Positions 1-13,345 of a stretch of DNA of 64,000 nucleotides are shown one piece after another (positions within the stretch are counted from its first letter, which is position 1; the number at the start of each line of letters is the position of its first letter). The notes beneath the pieces were generated by a model, which was not told where the DNA came from, did no database searches, and was given only the letters and a program-made list of their open reading frames with translations. The translations under genes and the position numbers were made by a program. Origin of the DNA: Octopus bimaculoides (taxonomy: Eukaryota); the NCBI RefSeq assembly GCF_001194135.2, contig NC_068985.1:35785154-35849153 (forward strand). The letters run 5' to 3'.

Positions 1-239
1 GCCAACACTCACCTATTTTCAAGTAAAGTAATATTTCCCTATGGCCAGGCATGTTCTCACAGAATATTGGAAATGAATGTCATTGCTTGTATCACAGTGA
101 CAATTATTTACGTTTATGCAATGCAAAGAAAAGGAGACACAAACACACTTTCTCACACACATATAAATATACTTATACATACATACATACATACTTACAC
201 ACACACATATATATATATATTTAATATATGTATATACAT

Positions 240-1718
240 AGGTGCAGGGGTGGTTGTGTGGTAAAATTATTGTGGGAGGAAGCTGATAAGAGCCTGGGTG
301 TGTGGGCTGCCGCCCGGGATAAATTCCCAGTGGATAAAAGATACTGTTCGCAGGGGTCTGGGTGGTAGCAATTTCAAGCTCTTCAGTGTCAAAATGATGC
401 CTGTAGCTGATTGGGTCAGGGTAAAAGCTGTTTTGACACTTTGGACCCAATCACCTATGCTTGGAGACTGGCCATATCAGGAAGAACTGTCCCCAGGGCC
501 ATGGTAAGGCCAGGGAGCAGAAAAAAGAAAAAGTGCCTGCCGCCCTCCCCATTGGAGGGGGAGACAGTGGAAGTCATGGAGGAAGTTGCCTCCACGAAAA
601 GAAAAAGAAAGGTGAGCAACTATTGTTGCTCACCAAAAAATGGGCAAGCAGCACAGGAGGCGGTGTGTGGGGGGTAGTGCCCCCTCCTCCATGCATGCCG
701 ATGCAGGTCCCTACTCTCGTAGCCTCTAAAAGAAAGAGGAAAAAGAGGAGCAGAGGACAGTCAGTGGATGTCCCTGTGCCACCAACTGAACCGCTGGTGG
801 GATGTGTGCCACCAGCAGAAAAGGCTCCGTTAGTGGGAAGTGTGTCACTGACGGAGCAGCTTGAGGCCCCTTCCCGTGAGGAGGAGGAGGAGTTTGTCCT
901 CCTTTATCACGAGGAAGGGCCTGTGGGAGAATTTTTGGACTGCCTGGGCGACCGAGACCGTAGGTACTCGGACTGCACAGGCAGTCCAATATGGCTTCCG
1001 AAGGTGGCTGTGGAGGTAACAGAACATAAGATTTTGTCAAGGGTCATAGCGACCTTTGACAAGAAAGAATTTGCTTTCTTCTTCACAGGCCCCGACTTGT
1101 CAGTGCAGAGTTGTCTGCAGGCGGCAAGTCAACTTGCTTGGGGGCTCCGATGAGGAGGATTGATCTTCACCTTATCGATTTTGTATTGATATTTTTGAAT
1201 TCTTGTATTGATTTTTGATTGTAAAGGAAAAATTGTATTCGAGGGCTTGTTGGTCGGTGGGCGCCGACATCCCTCTCATCTTTATCATTATGTTTTCATT
1301 CCATTTCATTTTGTCTACGTCCAGCCCACAAGCTTCTTACTCTGTGTACAGTCTCCATGACCAGTTTAATGAAATAAAGAAGCTTGCTTCCAACCATATG
1401 GTTCTGGGTTCAGTCCCATTGCAGTGCACCTTGGGCAAGTGTCTTCTACTATAGCCTTGGGCTGACCAAAGCCTTGTGAGTGGATTTGGTAGACAGAAAC
1501 TGAAAGAAGCCTGTCGTATATATGTATTTGTGTTTTTATTTGTCTCCCCACTATCACTTGACAACCAATGTTGATGTGTTTATGTCCCTGTAACTTAGTG
1601 GCTTGGCAAAAGAGACCGTTAGAAAAAGTATTAGGCTTACAAAGAATAAGTCCTGGGGGTGATTTGTTTAACTAAAAGCAGTGCTCCAGCATGGCCAGTC
1701 AAATGATGAAACAAGAAT
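240..1718 (+). mobile_element. tRNA-derived SINE split by an insertion (240-264 plus 1379-1718)
   Basis: Head ggtgcaggggtggttgtgtggtaa at 241-264 resumes as gaagcttgcttccaaccatatggttctgggttcagtccc at 1379. Other copies of the same family occur at about 4020-4135 (-), 18575-18905 (-) and 29945-30185 (+). Confidence 0.75.
265..1378 (+). mobile_element. L1/Tx1-type ORF1 (gag-like) fragment with 3' tail, frameshifted
   Basis: Degenerate zinc knuckle HLCLETGHIRKNCP near 450-495, Lys/Glu-rich low-complexity segment, stop at 1153, tail ending in AATAAA at 1373-1378. Confidence 0.6.
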
Positions 1719-3240
1719 ATACATACATACACATATATATATATATAAAATACTCTATTGGATGTACAACATCAGTGCACATGCATAGTAAAGTGCAAAT
1801 GTATTGAGAGAAAAGTTGGGCATAAGAGAAATCAAATGTAGCATGCAAGATGCGTATGAATGAGGACAGCTGCATAAAGAAATGCCGATCACTGAAAGTG
1901 GATGGTACTCTTGGAAGAGGGAGACCCAGGAAGACATGGGATGAAGTGGTAAGGACTGATCTCAGGAAGTTGGGCCTCATGGAGGAAATGACAATGGACT
2001 GAGATGACTGGCGATATGAAGTTCTTGAGGAGACCCACCCATGTCAGTGAAAGCACTGTGTGTCCAACCCACACTTAACAAAACTTCTCACACACTCTAC
2101 CACAACAAACCAAATTACATCTCTTCTCTTCCTCACATTTCTGCTTCATGCACTTTGAATACCTTCCACTCCCCAATTCACTGATCTGTGTGTTCCACCC
2201 ACACGTAACTCCTTCATGCACTATGCCTGTCCTCACACCCCTGTTCCTCTGTACCATTGCTACCTGGTAGCCTCCCAACTCCATAAATACCCATGTCTTT
2301 TGTCACTTACTCACACTCCCTTTGCAATATCCTATTATGGCATTTGAACCTCAAGGGTATGCCCTGGCAATTAACCCCATCTATCTCTCTCCTTTCCTTT
2401 ACTCTACCATCCCATTTATATTCTGATCCTTGTTCCTTGTGAGTATGCCTAGCATTTTGCCACCTTCTCTATCTTGTCTCCCACTCTCTCTCCTTCTCTT
2501 GCACTTCCCTCAGGTTGGGTAACCATGTATTTCCTTTGCGGTAGCACACCTCTTTCTGTCTTCATTCCTGATCTTTCTCTCTCCGGCTGGATAACCTTGT
2601 ACTTCCTCAACACCAAGAACACCTGTATCTGTCTCACTATACCCTTTTTATCACCTAACAAGATTACCTCCTCTCTTCTTGAAAGTTTTTTTTTTTTTGT
2701 CTTGCAAGTACTTGGTGACTGTGTCAGTGCAGGTACCACTTAAAAGCACCCAGTTCACACTGTAAAGTGGTTGGTATTCAGAGGGGCATCCAGCTGTAAA
2801 AACCTTGCCAAAACTGACCTTGCCTGTGCTCAAGCCATGTAAAAAGCACTACTCACCTCACCTGTGCTTGTGCCACAAAAAACACACTAAATCCACTCTG
2901 CTGAGTGGTTGGTGTTAGGAAGGGCATCCAGCTGTAAAAATCCTGCCAAAACAGTCACAGAAGTTTGGTGCAGGCTTTAGCCCAGCCGGCTCTTGTGAAA
3001 CCGTCCTACCCATGCTAGCATGGAAGGTGGACGTTAAGCAATGATGATGATGGTGGTAATGTATGGATTTCATCATCCTATTGATATCAACTGGTGAAAT
3101 AAATATATTCATCTCATACCTCAGACTTTCTTCATATTCTGTATATATATATGTGTGTATATAAGGTATACACACACACACATTCATATATTTATATATA
3201 AATTTTAAACACCATTTGTGCTCACTTTATATATATCTAT

Positions 3241-3272
<32 letters not shown>

Positions 3273-3474
3273 CATTGCTATCATGCAAAAGTGTCGTAAA
3301 TCCAAAAGGTTGCTTTTTCAGAAAATGGATAAATAGTTTCACCATCCCAAAGTAAAACCACTGTACTACACTTTGACAATTTTTGATATCTTTGTATCTG
3401 AAGCAGCTGGAGATATAGTTTGACCAAAAGAACTGGCTATTGCAAGTAAAAATAAGTATTCAAAAAATCACATT

Positions 3475-3983
3475 NNNNNNNNNNNNNNNNNNNNNNNNNN
3501 NNNNNNNNNNNNNNNNNNNNNNNNNNNNNNNNNNNNNNNNNNNNNNNNNNNNNNNNNNNNNNNNNNNNNNNNNNNNNNNNNNNNNNNNNNNNNNNNNNNN
3601 NNNNNNNNNNNNNNNNNNNNNNNNNNNNNNNNNNNNNNNNNNNNNNNNNNNNNNNNNNNNNNNNNNNNNNNNNNNNNNNNNNNNNNNNNNNNNNNNNNNN
3701 NNNNNNNNNNNNNNNNNNNNNNNNNNNNNNNNNNNNNNNNNNNNNNNNNNNNNNNNNNNNNNNNNNNNNNNNNNNNNNNNNNNNNNNNNNNNNNNNNNNN
3801 NNNNNNNNNNNNNNNNNNNNNNNNNNNNNNNNNNNNNNNNNNNNNNNNNNNNNNNNNNNNNNNNNNNNNNNNNNNNNNNNNNNNNNNNNNNNNNNNNNNN
3901 NNNNNNNNNNNNNNNNNNNNNNNNNNNNNNNNNNNNNNNNNNNNNNNNNNNNNNNNNNNNNNNNNNNNNNNNNNNNNNNNNNN
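3475..3983. other. Assembly gap (others: 17144-17623, 29592-29884, 35589-36569, 37491-37872, 39151-39627, 45944-46113)
   Basis: Runs of N; ORF-track entries spanning them are artefacts. Confidence 0.99.
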
Positions 3984-4023
<40 letters not shown>

Positions 4024-5429
4024 ACAGGATTCTTTCAGTTTCCATTTACCAAATCCATTCACAAAGCATTGGTTGGCCCAGGGCTATAGCAGAAGGCACT
4101 TACCCAGGGTGCAAATGTGGACGTGTGGTTGAGAAGCTTGCTTCTTGACCACATGGTCTAAAGGCATCCAGCCATAGAAAATCTGCCTCAACAAATTCCA
4201 CGTGACCCATGCAAACATTGAAAAGTGGACATGAAATGATAATGATTACAATATATGTATGTGTACATGCACATACATATGTATATATAACATTCATTTC
4301 CGTATTGGGCAGTTTAATTTTGTAGTTCATTTTGAGTAATTAAAGATTTGCTGATATGCCACTTCCAGAAATTATAAGTACACATGAAGAAACTGGACAG
4401 TACATCTAAAAGAACAAGACACTTCACTCTAATATGACAAATTACAGCAGGTTGGTGCGCTTAGTATGGTTCTCAAATATGTTGAGGCATGGTATATGTG
4501 GCCCAATGTATTTTTGAATCACATCTTATCATTCAAATGATGACCACAAATACCATAAATCTATTCACTTAGGGCTGACCTGATGTTCAATCACACACAA
4601 TAATCATTTATATTTAAACACTAATTGACACTTGACATAGGAAATGCTATATATAAGAATTTGGGGCACAATGATAGCTTTGTACATATAAGATTTTAGT
4701 AGGCTAACTTCAATGAAATTATTAATTTTAGCAAAGCAAACAGTTATCTTCATATATAGCTATGTTGGTTGGAAAGGAACTGACAGTAAGCAAACTTAAT
4801 ACAATAGTTGGTCCTACTTTGGCATATGATCTACAAGGTAGATTAATTTAGATTACTTTTAAAATTATTTTTTACATACTTAGCATTGTAAATGTATTTT
4901 TACAAAATTCGTACTATTTTAAGGATTAGAAAACCATATAATAATTAAAATAAGCATGTAGATCACCCATCAAAGTAAATTTGCTCATGTAGATCACACA
5001 GAAAATAGCACAAACACAAAGTAAACTAAAGTAATTTTCCTTTAAATTGTAGATTACATGCCAAAGTGGCACCGTTCTTTTTCTCAAGAAATTATGTGAA
5101 TTTAGTGCTGGTTTCTTGTAAAAATGCAGCTGCTTTTGTCTCGTCACTAATCACATTGTAAAAATCTTTAGCCAACATTTTATGAGCTCTTAGAAATTGA
5201 AAAGTAAACTATAAAGTAACCTAAAGTAATCTCCTTTGTAGATCACATGCCAAAATAGCACCCAATAGTTTGATATCAATAATACTGGTGAATATATCTC
5301 TATCAATGTACTTGTATGTGGTCTATGTCATAAAACGCAAAAGATATTTATTTTCTAATATCATTCTCAGTATTATTACTACCAGTAAATAATAGGAACG
5401 TAAAAATGTTTTAAGCCTTTGACAAGGTC

Positions 5430-6510
5430 CCTTTCTCCCTCATCTAGTGAGCAATGTGGAAGCTGAGAATAGATGAGTGGTTGGTGAAAACTACAATCCA
5501 TGTACAAGGATGATGTCAGTAAGGTCTAGGTTGGCAATGAGTATAACAATGAACTTAGTGTACAGGTAGGAGTTCACCATGAATTGTTTCTCAGCCCCAT
5601 CTTGTTTATCACAGTCCTTCAGGCCATAATAGAAGAATTTAAGATTGGCTGCCCTTGGGAGTTCCTCTACACTGACAACCTTGTTCTTATTGCTGAATCA
5701 CTACCAGAACTGGAGAAGAAATTTCAAGTGTGGAAGCAAAATGCCTTAAAGTTAAATTTAGCAAAGACCAAAGTCTTAGTAAGTAGGAAAATAGACAAAT
5801 CACAGATCTCTTCAGGGAGATGGCCCTGCTCAATATGTAGAAAAGAGGGTGGTAGAAACTCCATACAGCGTACCCAGTGCTGCAGTGGTATCACAGGAAG
5901 GTTAAGAGAGAACATAGTCTTTGTGTGTGGCGTATATCCAGGTACATTAAACACTAGGAATGGAGAGGAAATAGACTCCCTCAAATGTCAAAGGGATCCT
6001 TTGAAGTAGCAGATAGTTTCTGTCACTTAGGTGACTAAGTTAGTAATGGAGTGAGTAGTTCTGAAAGTGTGGTGAAAAAATAAGAATGAGTTAGGCAAAG
6101 TTCAGAGAGCTACTGCCTTTGTTGGTAACAAAGAGCCTTTCACTCAGAGAGAAAGGCAGATTGTATGATGCCGATGTACAAGCAGTTAAGCTACATGGCA
6201 GTGAGATTTGGGCTGTAACCACTGTGGACATGCAAAGAAATGAAGCAAACATACTCTGTCAGTGTGCATATGACAGAGTGTAAGTGATTTGAGAGCAAAA
6301 CTGGCTATACAAGGCATCAGATATTGTGTGGAAGACAGAAGACTGTGCTGGTATGTTCATGTGACATGTATGAGGACAGCTGCATCAAGAAATGCCAATT
6401 TCTAACTGTGGAGGGAACTTGTAGAAGGGTTAGATCCAGGAAGACGTGGGATGAAGTAGTAAGAAAGGATCTTCAGATTTTCAGCCTCACAGAGATGACA
6501 AGTGAGCATG
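5430..6510 (+). mobile_element. RTE-clade LINE, decayed RT C-terminal half and 3' end
   Basis: LSPILFITVLQAIIEEFKIGCPWEFLYTDNLVLIAESL (decayed YADD motif) and the terminal RKTWDEVV motif. Related 3' fragments at 1755-2060, 58976-59420 and 61437-62095. Confidence 0.85.
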
Positions 6511-6596
6511 TGTCTGTCTCCTTGTCTTGACATTGTGTGATAGTTGTAGACATGTCACTGTCACACAAGTGTCAATCATTTCCAATATTTTGCAGA

Positions 6597-6815
6597 AAGG
6601 CGGTGAGCTGGCAGAATCGTTATCATACCAGACAAAATCTTTAGCAGTATTCCATTCATCTTTCTGTTTTGAGTTCAAATCCTGCCAAGGCTGATTTTAC
6701 CTTTCGTTTTTTTTTTCAAGTTGAAAAAATAAGAACCAGTTGAGCACTGGGGCTGATGTAATCGACTGGCCCCCTCCCCCGAAAATGCTAGTTTTGTGCC
6801 AAAATTTAGAACCAA
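6597..6815 (+). mobile_element. tRNA-derived SINE (second family)
   Basis: aaggcggtgagctggcagaa head with B-box-like gagttcaaatcc; homologous to the copy at 43655-43940. Confidence 0.7.
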
Positions 6816-7525
6816 TATTTTTCAGAAACATGTCTGGCCATGAGGAAGCATCACTTTGCTCGGAAACAAGTGAGAGTTAGCACAGGAAGAGCATCCCATC
6901 TTTGAAAATCTGCCTCAAATAAACTGTCTGACCCAAGCAAACATGAAAAAGTGGACATTAAAACAACATATATATACCCAGTTCATAAATTTGAATTGTT
7001 TCAAAATCTAAGGAATTTGAAACTGGCGCTTATCTTGAAACTTTCCCACATCTCATTGATAATGTTAGTTTGAAAGTCACTACTTGAGTGCTTAAAAAGT
7101 CAACTTAACATCTAAAACTGTTATTATCAGCATCAAATCTCATCACAGTACATAACTTGAAAATAATTCATTGAAGAAAATGTAACTTCAGAGTATTTGA
7201 ATTAACTCATACCAACTGAATAATTCTGTAATATTTGTAACTACTTCTGAATTGAATTCCTTCCTTTGATACTCAGTAACTATTTCCTGAAGTAAGGTGT
7301 CCAATATAGTGGGCTGAGCCTATCTCATAAGTAATGGTTAATGTTTCCCGTTCTTACACAATGTGTAGGCATAACCAAAATGTAATGTATGTACGAATGT
7401 CATACGTAAAATTGGGAGTGTTAAATTGTGGAATTTGTGTTCTATGTATGAAATAGAAGTGAAGACGCCAAATAATGTGCATCAAATCTCATAATTATTC
7501 CCCTTTATCTATCCTACCTCGACAT

Positions 7526-7620
7526 CCAATTACCCGCCAAATTGTATGCGCAACCAGCAGCTTGAAAAGCGAACAATTTTCATTGGTCCATTATTTGGTA
7601 TGATGGCAATTTAATCCAAT
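7526..7620 (+). promoter_or_regulatory. Probable NAP1 proximal promoter (CCAAT boxes plus E2F-like site)
   Basis: CCAAT at 7526-7530 and 7616-7620, ATTGG at 7582-7586, and cccgccaaa at 7533-7541 (TTTGGCGGG on the minus strand, E2F-like). CpG-retaining sequence just upstream of a strong splice donor. Confidence 0.55.
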
Positions 7621-7639
7621 CACATTTGTCGTCACTGGA

Positions 7640-7703
7640 ATTAGGTGTAGGAGTCGACCATCATCTTACCCTCGTGTTAGAAGCAGCTTCGAAAAGCTCT
7701 ACG
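7640..7703 (+). other. NAP1L1: Probable non-coding first exon (5' UTR) of the NAP1 gene; start approximate
   Basis: Ends in ACG|GTAAGT (donor at 7704), downstream of the CCAAT cluster. The exon carrying the ATG has an upstream acceptor at 14635, so an upstream exon is required. Confidence 0.55.
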
Positions 7704-10700
7704 GTAAGTTTCTTTATGCAAGGAGAAATCTTTGATTTTTTTTACTGTAATCTACTTAAGTTAATCGTTATTACTGTAAGTTAATTTATTGTAATATCTG
7801 TACACCAATAGTTGTTATTATGTTGAGTGTTAAATTGTTTTTCTTCTTGTGACCATGATCTTATTGACTGCATGTAGGGTGTCTGGGGCCTCCCTTTTCT
7901 TTAGAACCTTCTAGTTAATTGCAAATATTTAACAGAAAAAGCAATTCCTGTTATCTTACGAAATTCATTTTAACTAATTTTTGGAATATATTTGTTCATG
8001 ATATGTTAAGACTAATCGAATTTGATGTTCTTAAGTTACACAAACAGTATTACGAAATAATATAAGTTGAGTGATAAAATCGTCGACTTCACAGCGCATT
8101 CTAGGTGAAATACTTCTAAGTTATAACGTGTAACAGAATCATAGTCCCAAATTTGTAATTCTTCTGTCAGTATTCGAGGATAGGAAGACTCTTTTGATGC
8201 CACATGTTTGCTCTCCGTTCTCTCTGACAGTCACCACCTCTTACTAACCCCCATATCGCTATTTCTCTGGCAAATGTAATTCAGCCATATTTAACTCAAT
8301 ACTAATGTGAGTCAGCTTAAAACATACTCTACATATCTCTTTTAGTTTTATCCATCATTCCATATATCTTTTATTAGATATAGAATTTTAAAAAAAAGTG
8401 TAATCGCTGATTACATTCATGCTAAGAGGGCATTATTTCAAGGTCTTTCGTGCATTCTGCACTAACATATGTAACGGAATTATATTTAACTCTAGGGGTC
8501 ATTGACTGCCCGTTATTAGCACTAGTTGAGACTCTAGAACTTGTTTTTAGCCGATATGAACGTGTCATCTTGTGAAATGTTTGCAACCGCCTGTCTAACG
8601 ACGAAGAATAATTTCACTTGGGGTACTGACACCCACATGCCGTCGTCATTGTGCAAATGTCGAAGAAAACTATCATTTAACATTTTTGCTTTTCTAGTAT
8701 TACGTAGGGTTAACAATTCACTTTTAATGAATTATAATTGAAAGCCGTGGCTGTGTTGATTGTTCCAAATAGTTCTATGGCTTCTAATTTAAGTCGCAGT
8801 TTCTGACTGGTTGAAGAACCGACATCTATAAATGGCAAACTGTTGTAAATTATTTTCTTTCGTTTAGTCAGATGTATGTAGCCATAAACACTCATTTTGT
8901 ATCTTTTCTTAATCTAGCGTATTTTTTTTCTATTCCTATATTTCAGTATCTCTCTATTGGCCTTATGTTTTATATTACACTAGTACTCCATCCTTGGCTT
9001 TCATTGAGCTTGAATCCTGGAGTCGTCAATTTATTGAAGTTTTGTAATGTAACTTTTTGAGGTGATGTCCTATTCAAAACCAAATTTTTTTCTATTACCT
9101 TTAGCGTAGTAAAGAAACATTCTTTTTTTTTCTATGAAACTGAATTAGTAATTTAAAAGTAGCAAAATATTTGTTTCAATTGTTGAAACTGGGATTACGA
9201 AACACACACGTGCGAGTTTCAGGTTGACTTAAATACGAAAAGCTTCATTAAGCGACTCGAAATGTACCAATAAACACTAGCTTATATACCATATACGACT
9301 GCAATTTACTCCCGACTTCAGGATTAAAACGGGGGAATATTTACTACACTTATCGTAAACAAATTACACTTCGATCGGAACTAGCTCCTGTGTTTTTCGT
9401 CTGCTTGCATACTGTGACATATTAACAGCATAAATGATATTAACTGTTGCTCTTAATATTTTTTTGTTTTCTAGAATTAAATTCTTTGCCGGCTGCCGTG
9501 AATTTTTTTTTTTTTTTTTTTTTTTTTGTTAACAGTAATTGTATCTCTAGAAGCCTAACGCTTGCAGACTTTTATGGGGGGGGGGTCTTTTCGCTATCCT
9601 TTGCTCAACGAAGCACGTGTTTTAATTTGTCACATCTTATAGTTAAGAAATTAGTATTATTCTCAAATTGAATATAAAAGATACTAAAAATATGTTAATG
9701 AAATTCTGAGGCCTAAGTATTTCTATAATGGAATGCCTCTATAATTTTAGAATGTCCGTATTTAGTCGTATGTTCTCAAGGAACACGTTCTCGAATATAT
9801 AATTTTAAGGAGCCTATGACTTAATTTTAACCAGTGCTAATATTTAATTTGGGTTTTCCAGTTTTCAGTTAATGTTACTAATATAGTGCAAGTTTTTAGG
9901 GAAAAAAAGGAACACCAATTAAAAATTTTTGAAGATTTTCATGTAAAGGCATTCACATGGCTCTATTAAGAATCTCCATTTGCAACCACGTGGTTTCTGG
10001 TTCATGTATATATTACATGTGTCAAAGCCCTTCCCAAACCATTTAGCAACGATGTTGGTTTGTTTTTGTCTCTAGCGGTTCAGTATAAGGACGACAGAAA
10101 AAGTACCAGACTTTTAAAAGTACTTGTAACAATTTGTTCGTCTAAAACTCTAGAAGGCGCTTCGTCGGAGCCGAGCAAATGAAACGAGTAAAGAAAAACA
10201 TGCAGACTGCTTAGCATTTAATTTTTTTTTCTGTTTAGTTTCAAATCATTCGTTCCCCGTCTCAACTTTATTCCCTCATAAGTCTTCAAAATGTTTTTAA
10301 TGACATTCAGCATGTTATTTTTTTATTTATTTTTTGTAGATTACGTAATTTCGAGGTTGGAATGGTGGTAACCAGCACGCGCGTAGTGTGGTGGTGGTGG
10401 TGATCTAAAACTTCTCTCCCCTTTCGCCCCCCACCCCCAATTTTAACGCGTAATCTGCACTCAATGTATCTCCGCAAAATTTCATAGAAACATATTCCTT
10501 CTTTTCAGAAAGTTATAACGTCGTGGTACACCAAACTAGTTTGTCAAACATTGTTTTACGTTTTTTGCTCACGGGGCAAACAGCTGGCATGTGCATCATT
10601 TGTATACATTAGCATTAGATATTTCTCGTTGCTTTCAAGGATGTCGAAAATATGTCAACAGATGTACAAATTGAATTAGTTACGAGAGCTACTGTACGCT

Positions 10701-11783
10701 AAAAAGATTATCGTTTTTTATCTTTATTTTATTTTCTCTTTTGCTAGAAAGTCTTTACCGCTTCCGAAATTGGGTAGTGCACATTATCTTCGTTTAGAAG
10801 AATGAAGTTCCATAAACACGGCTATTTTTACTGTAATTTCATAGTAAACGTTTGTGCCCGTCATACATGTTACTAAACTTGTGGAATAACGTTAGAGATG
10901 CTGTGCTGCCAAATTTGAATACTTATTTGTTTCATTAGAGTAAAGAATTCCACAAATATAAATAATATTATGGATGTAGTAATGATAGAAAAAATACTCA
11001 ACAAACGAAGACGAAGCTACCTTATATGTCTGGCTTTAAAAATACCAGCATAAGTGCTAAGTTTTGGAGGTACTTATAGGCATAGCACATGAAGAATAGT
11101 GTACTGTAAATGAAAGACTTTTACTACTTAGTGCTAGTGGGCACTTTTTCCCCTTAAAATTTGATTTCCATATTCTATTCGGCGAAAGTAAAGAATACGT
11201 TCAGCCAGTGTTTACTGTTACATCGAAAACGGGTGGTGTGCGTATTCTTTACTTCCGCTTTTTATTCTCAACTGGAAGTGCTTGTAATATTTTTTCCTTC
11301 AGCTAATTTTCACAACTACATTTAGTTATATGGACACTTGGGGTAAATCTATAACTGCTGCAAAGACGACTGAATATGTGCGCGTTCATAATTGTTCTCT
11401 TTCGGTGTTTAATATTACAAGTCCTCTTAAAACTAAAATACGTTGATTTATATAAATTCTCTCCTTATCTATCTTTGAAGCAGCAAGATGTCTTTTTTTT
11501 TTTTTTCTACTATTTGTTTTTAAAGTAGGATAATTCTATTGATCTTTACCTCCTGACTGCTGAGCTGTAGGACATTGTTTACAGGAGACAAAAGAAAAAC
11601 TGCAGGTCTCAATCATGTGCTTCCATTCAGTTTCTATATACCTAATTTCACTTGTAAGGTCTTGGTTATCCCAGGTGTGATGAGAGAACTTTCTGAAGTT
11701 GCCATGCCTAAACCACATGATTGCAAAACAAACTTCGCGCAGTTATACCTGCATGCGTATGTGTGTACCTACTTACCTACCTT

Positions 11784-11814
<31 letters not shown>

Positions 11815-12105
11815 TATATTGCATACACTGTGCCCATGTCCATCTTGAGCAAAACATTAGTCTGCATCCAGTAGTGAGATGCCACGGCTTAAAAGTTTAG
11901 ATTTATGGTATATGGACTAAGCCTTAAGTTGTCACCACTCCCGGGTTTGCTGTGGGGTCCAATGCTTGAAAGGTGTCACCTATGTGCCGCAGGCATTGGT
12001 GCCAGTTACATGACTCCAGCATCAGCCATGACTATAATTTCAGTTGACTTCATGGGTCCTTTCAAGCACAGCATATTGACAAAGGTCTCAGTCACTAGTC
12101 ATTTC

Positions 12106-12622
12106 GGATCTTTTTTAAAACGGGGGGCCACATTTTTCATTAACGAAACACTTTGAAACTTGGAACACTGGTAGAATATGTCATATAAAACATCTTTTTC
12201 TCTTAGTCTTCTTTAAAAAAAAAAAAGAAATCCCTAAGTTAATCCATGTTAAAGTTGTATTTCTGTAATTTCAACCAATCACTGACGTCCATTCATCCGG
12301 TATACATTAAGTGCCGACTACATAAACAAACGATTCAGCAAATTTAAAAAGAAGAAAGCAAAACGAAGCTATGGAAATTAGATACGCTTTACACTGCTTA
12401 ATCAGCCAAAGGAGTAAATGTAAACAACTGAATACTTGTCAGTGATTGGTTGAAATTATCGAAATAAGGCAATTTTTTACATGAAATAAATTCGAATACA
12501 AAAATATTTTTCTGTTCTATAACACAAAATAGATAAGTATACGAAGTTTGAAAGTCTTTCGGTACCAAAAACACTACGTAAAACATTAATGAAAAATGTG
12601 GCCCCCGTTTTAAAAAAGATCG
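12106..12622. mobile_element. Non-autonomous DNA transposon (MITE) with ~37-bp TIRs and 8-bp TSD
   Basis: Arms 12107-12143 and 12586-12621 are near-perfect reverse complements; gtcatttc is duplicated at 12098-12105 and 12623-12630. Confidence 0.85.
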
Positions 12623-12634
12623 GTCATTTCCTCT

Positions 12635-13345
12635 GTGAAGCTCAGTTCAATAATCATACTTCACCGTGTCCCATCTCTTCTTGGGTCTACTTCTACGACA
12701 AGTTCCCTCCACAGTTAGAGAATGGCACTTTACACAGCTGTCCTGATTTACAATACTGGCAACTAGGCCATAACCCATACCACCAGATATTTTAAGCATC
12801 TTGGTGATGATTCCTGATGGCGGGGGGGAGGGAGGACTGTCCCTGTCTTCATATCAATTGCTTAATCTTCCAAAGCACTGTCAATTCAGGTAGCTAGTCC
12901 CTCAATTGGGTCAACTTTTGGTGTTCTCCCATTCTTTCTCCATGTTCAGCAGTCTTTCATAGAGGCATTCCCAAGCTTCTTTGCAGAATAGCTAAATGCA
13001 AGTGTGCTATCATCTTTGAGGTATCCTGCAGCTGAATATCATAAAAGTGGTCCTTCTGTTCATTTGGTAGTCCTGCTTGTGGGGCATAGGCAGATATAAT
13101 TGTAGCTATACTATTCTGCAAAGCTAGCCTGAGCTTAAGCTCTCTATTGCACATTGACTACCTCTATGACCTTATCCACCCATTTCTCAGCAAGAAATAT
13201 CCCCGCATCACCTACCCCATCATTGTTACCTTCCCAGAAGATTTTATACCTGTGTCTTGGCTGAAGCTCCTCTCCACCCCACCTCTTGGATGCAGCATAC
13301 ACCAACATGCCTCCGTTCAAGCGTCTCAACAATCTTGCTAGACCT
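12635..13345 (-). mobile_element. RTE LINE fragment (APE endonuclease portion and 3' end)
   Basis: Minus-strand GIFLAEKWVDKVIEV and KLRLALQNSIATIISAYAPQAGL, typical of RTE endonucleases. Confidence 0.75.

Noticed and set aside
3437-4132. Long ORFs full of X here and at 17.1, 29.6, 35.6, 37.5, 39.2 and 46.0 kb
   Set aside because: These are artefacts of translating through N gaps.
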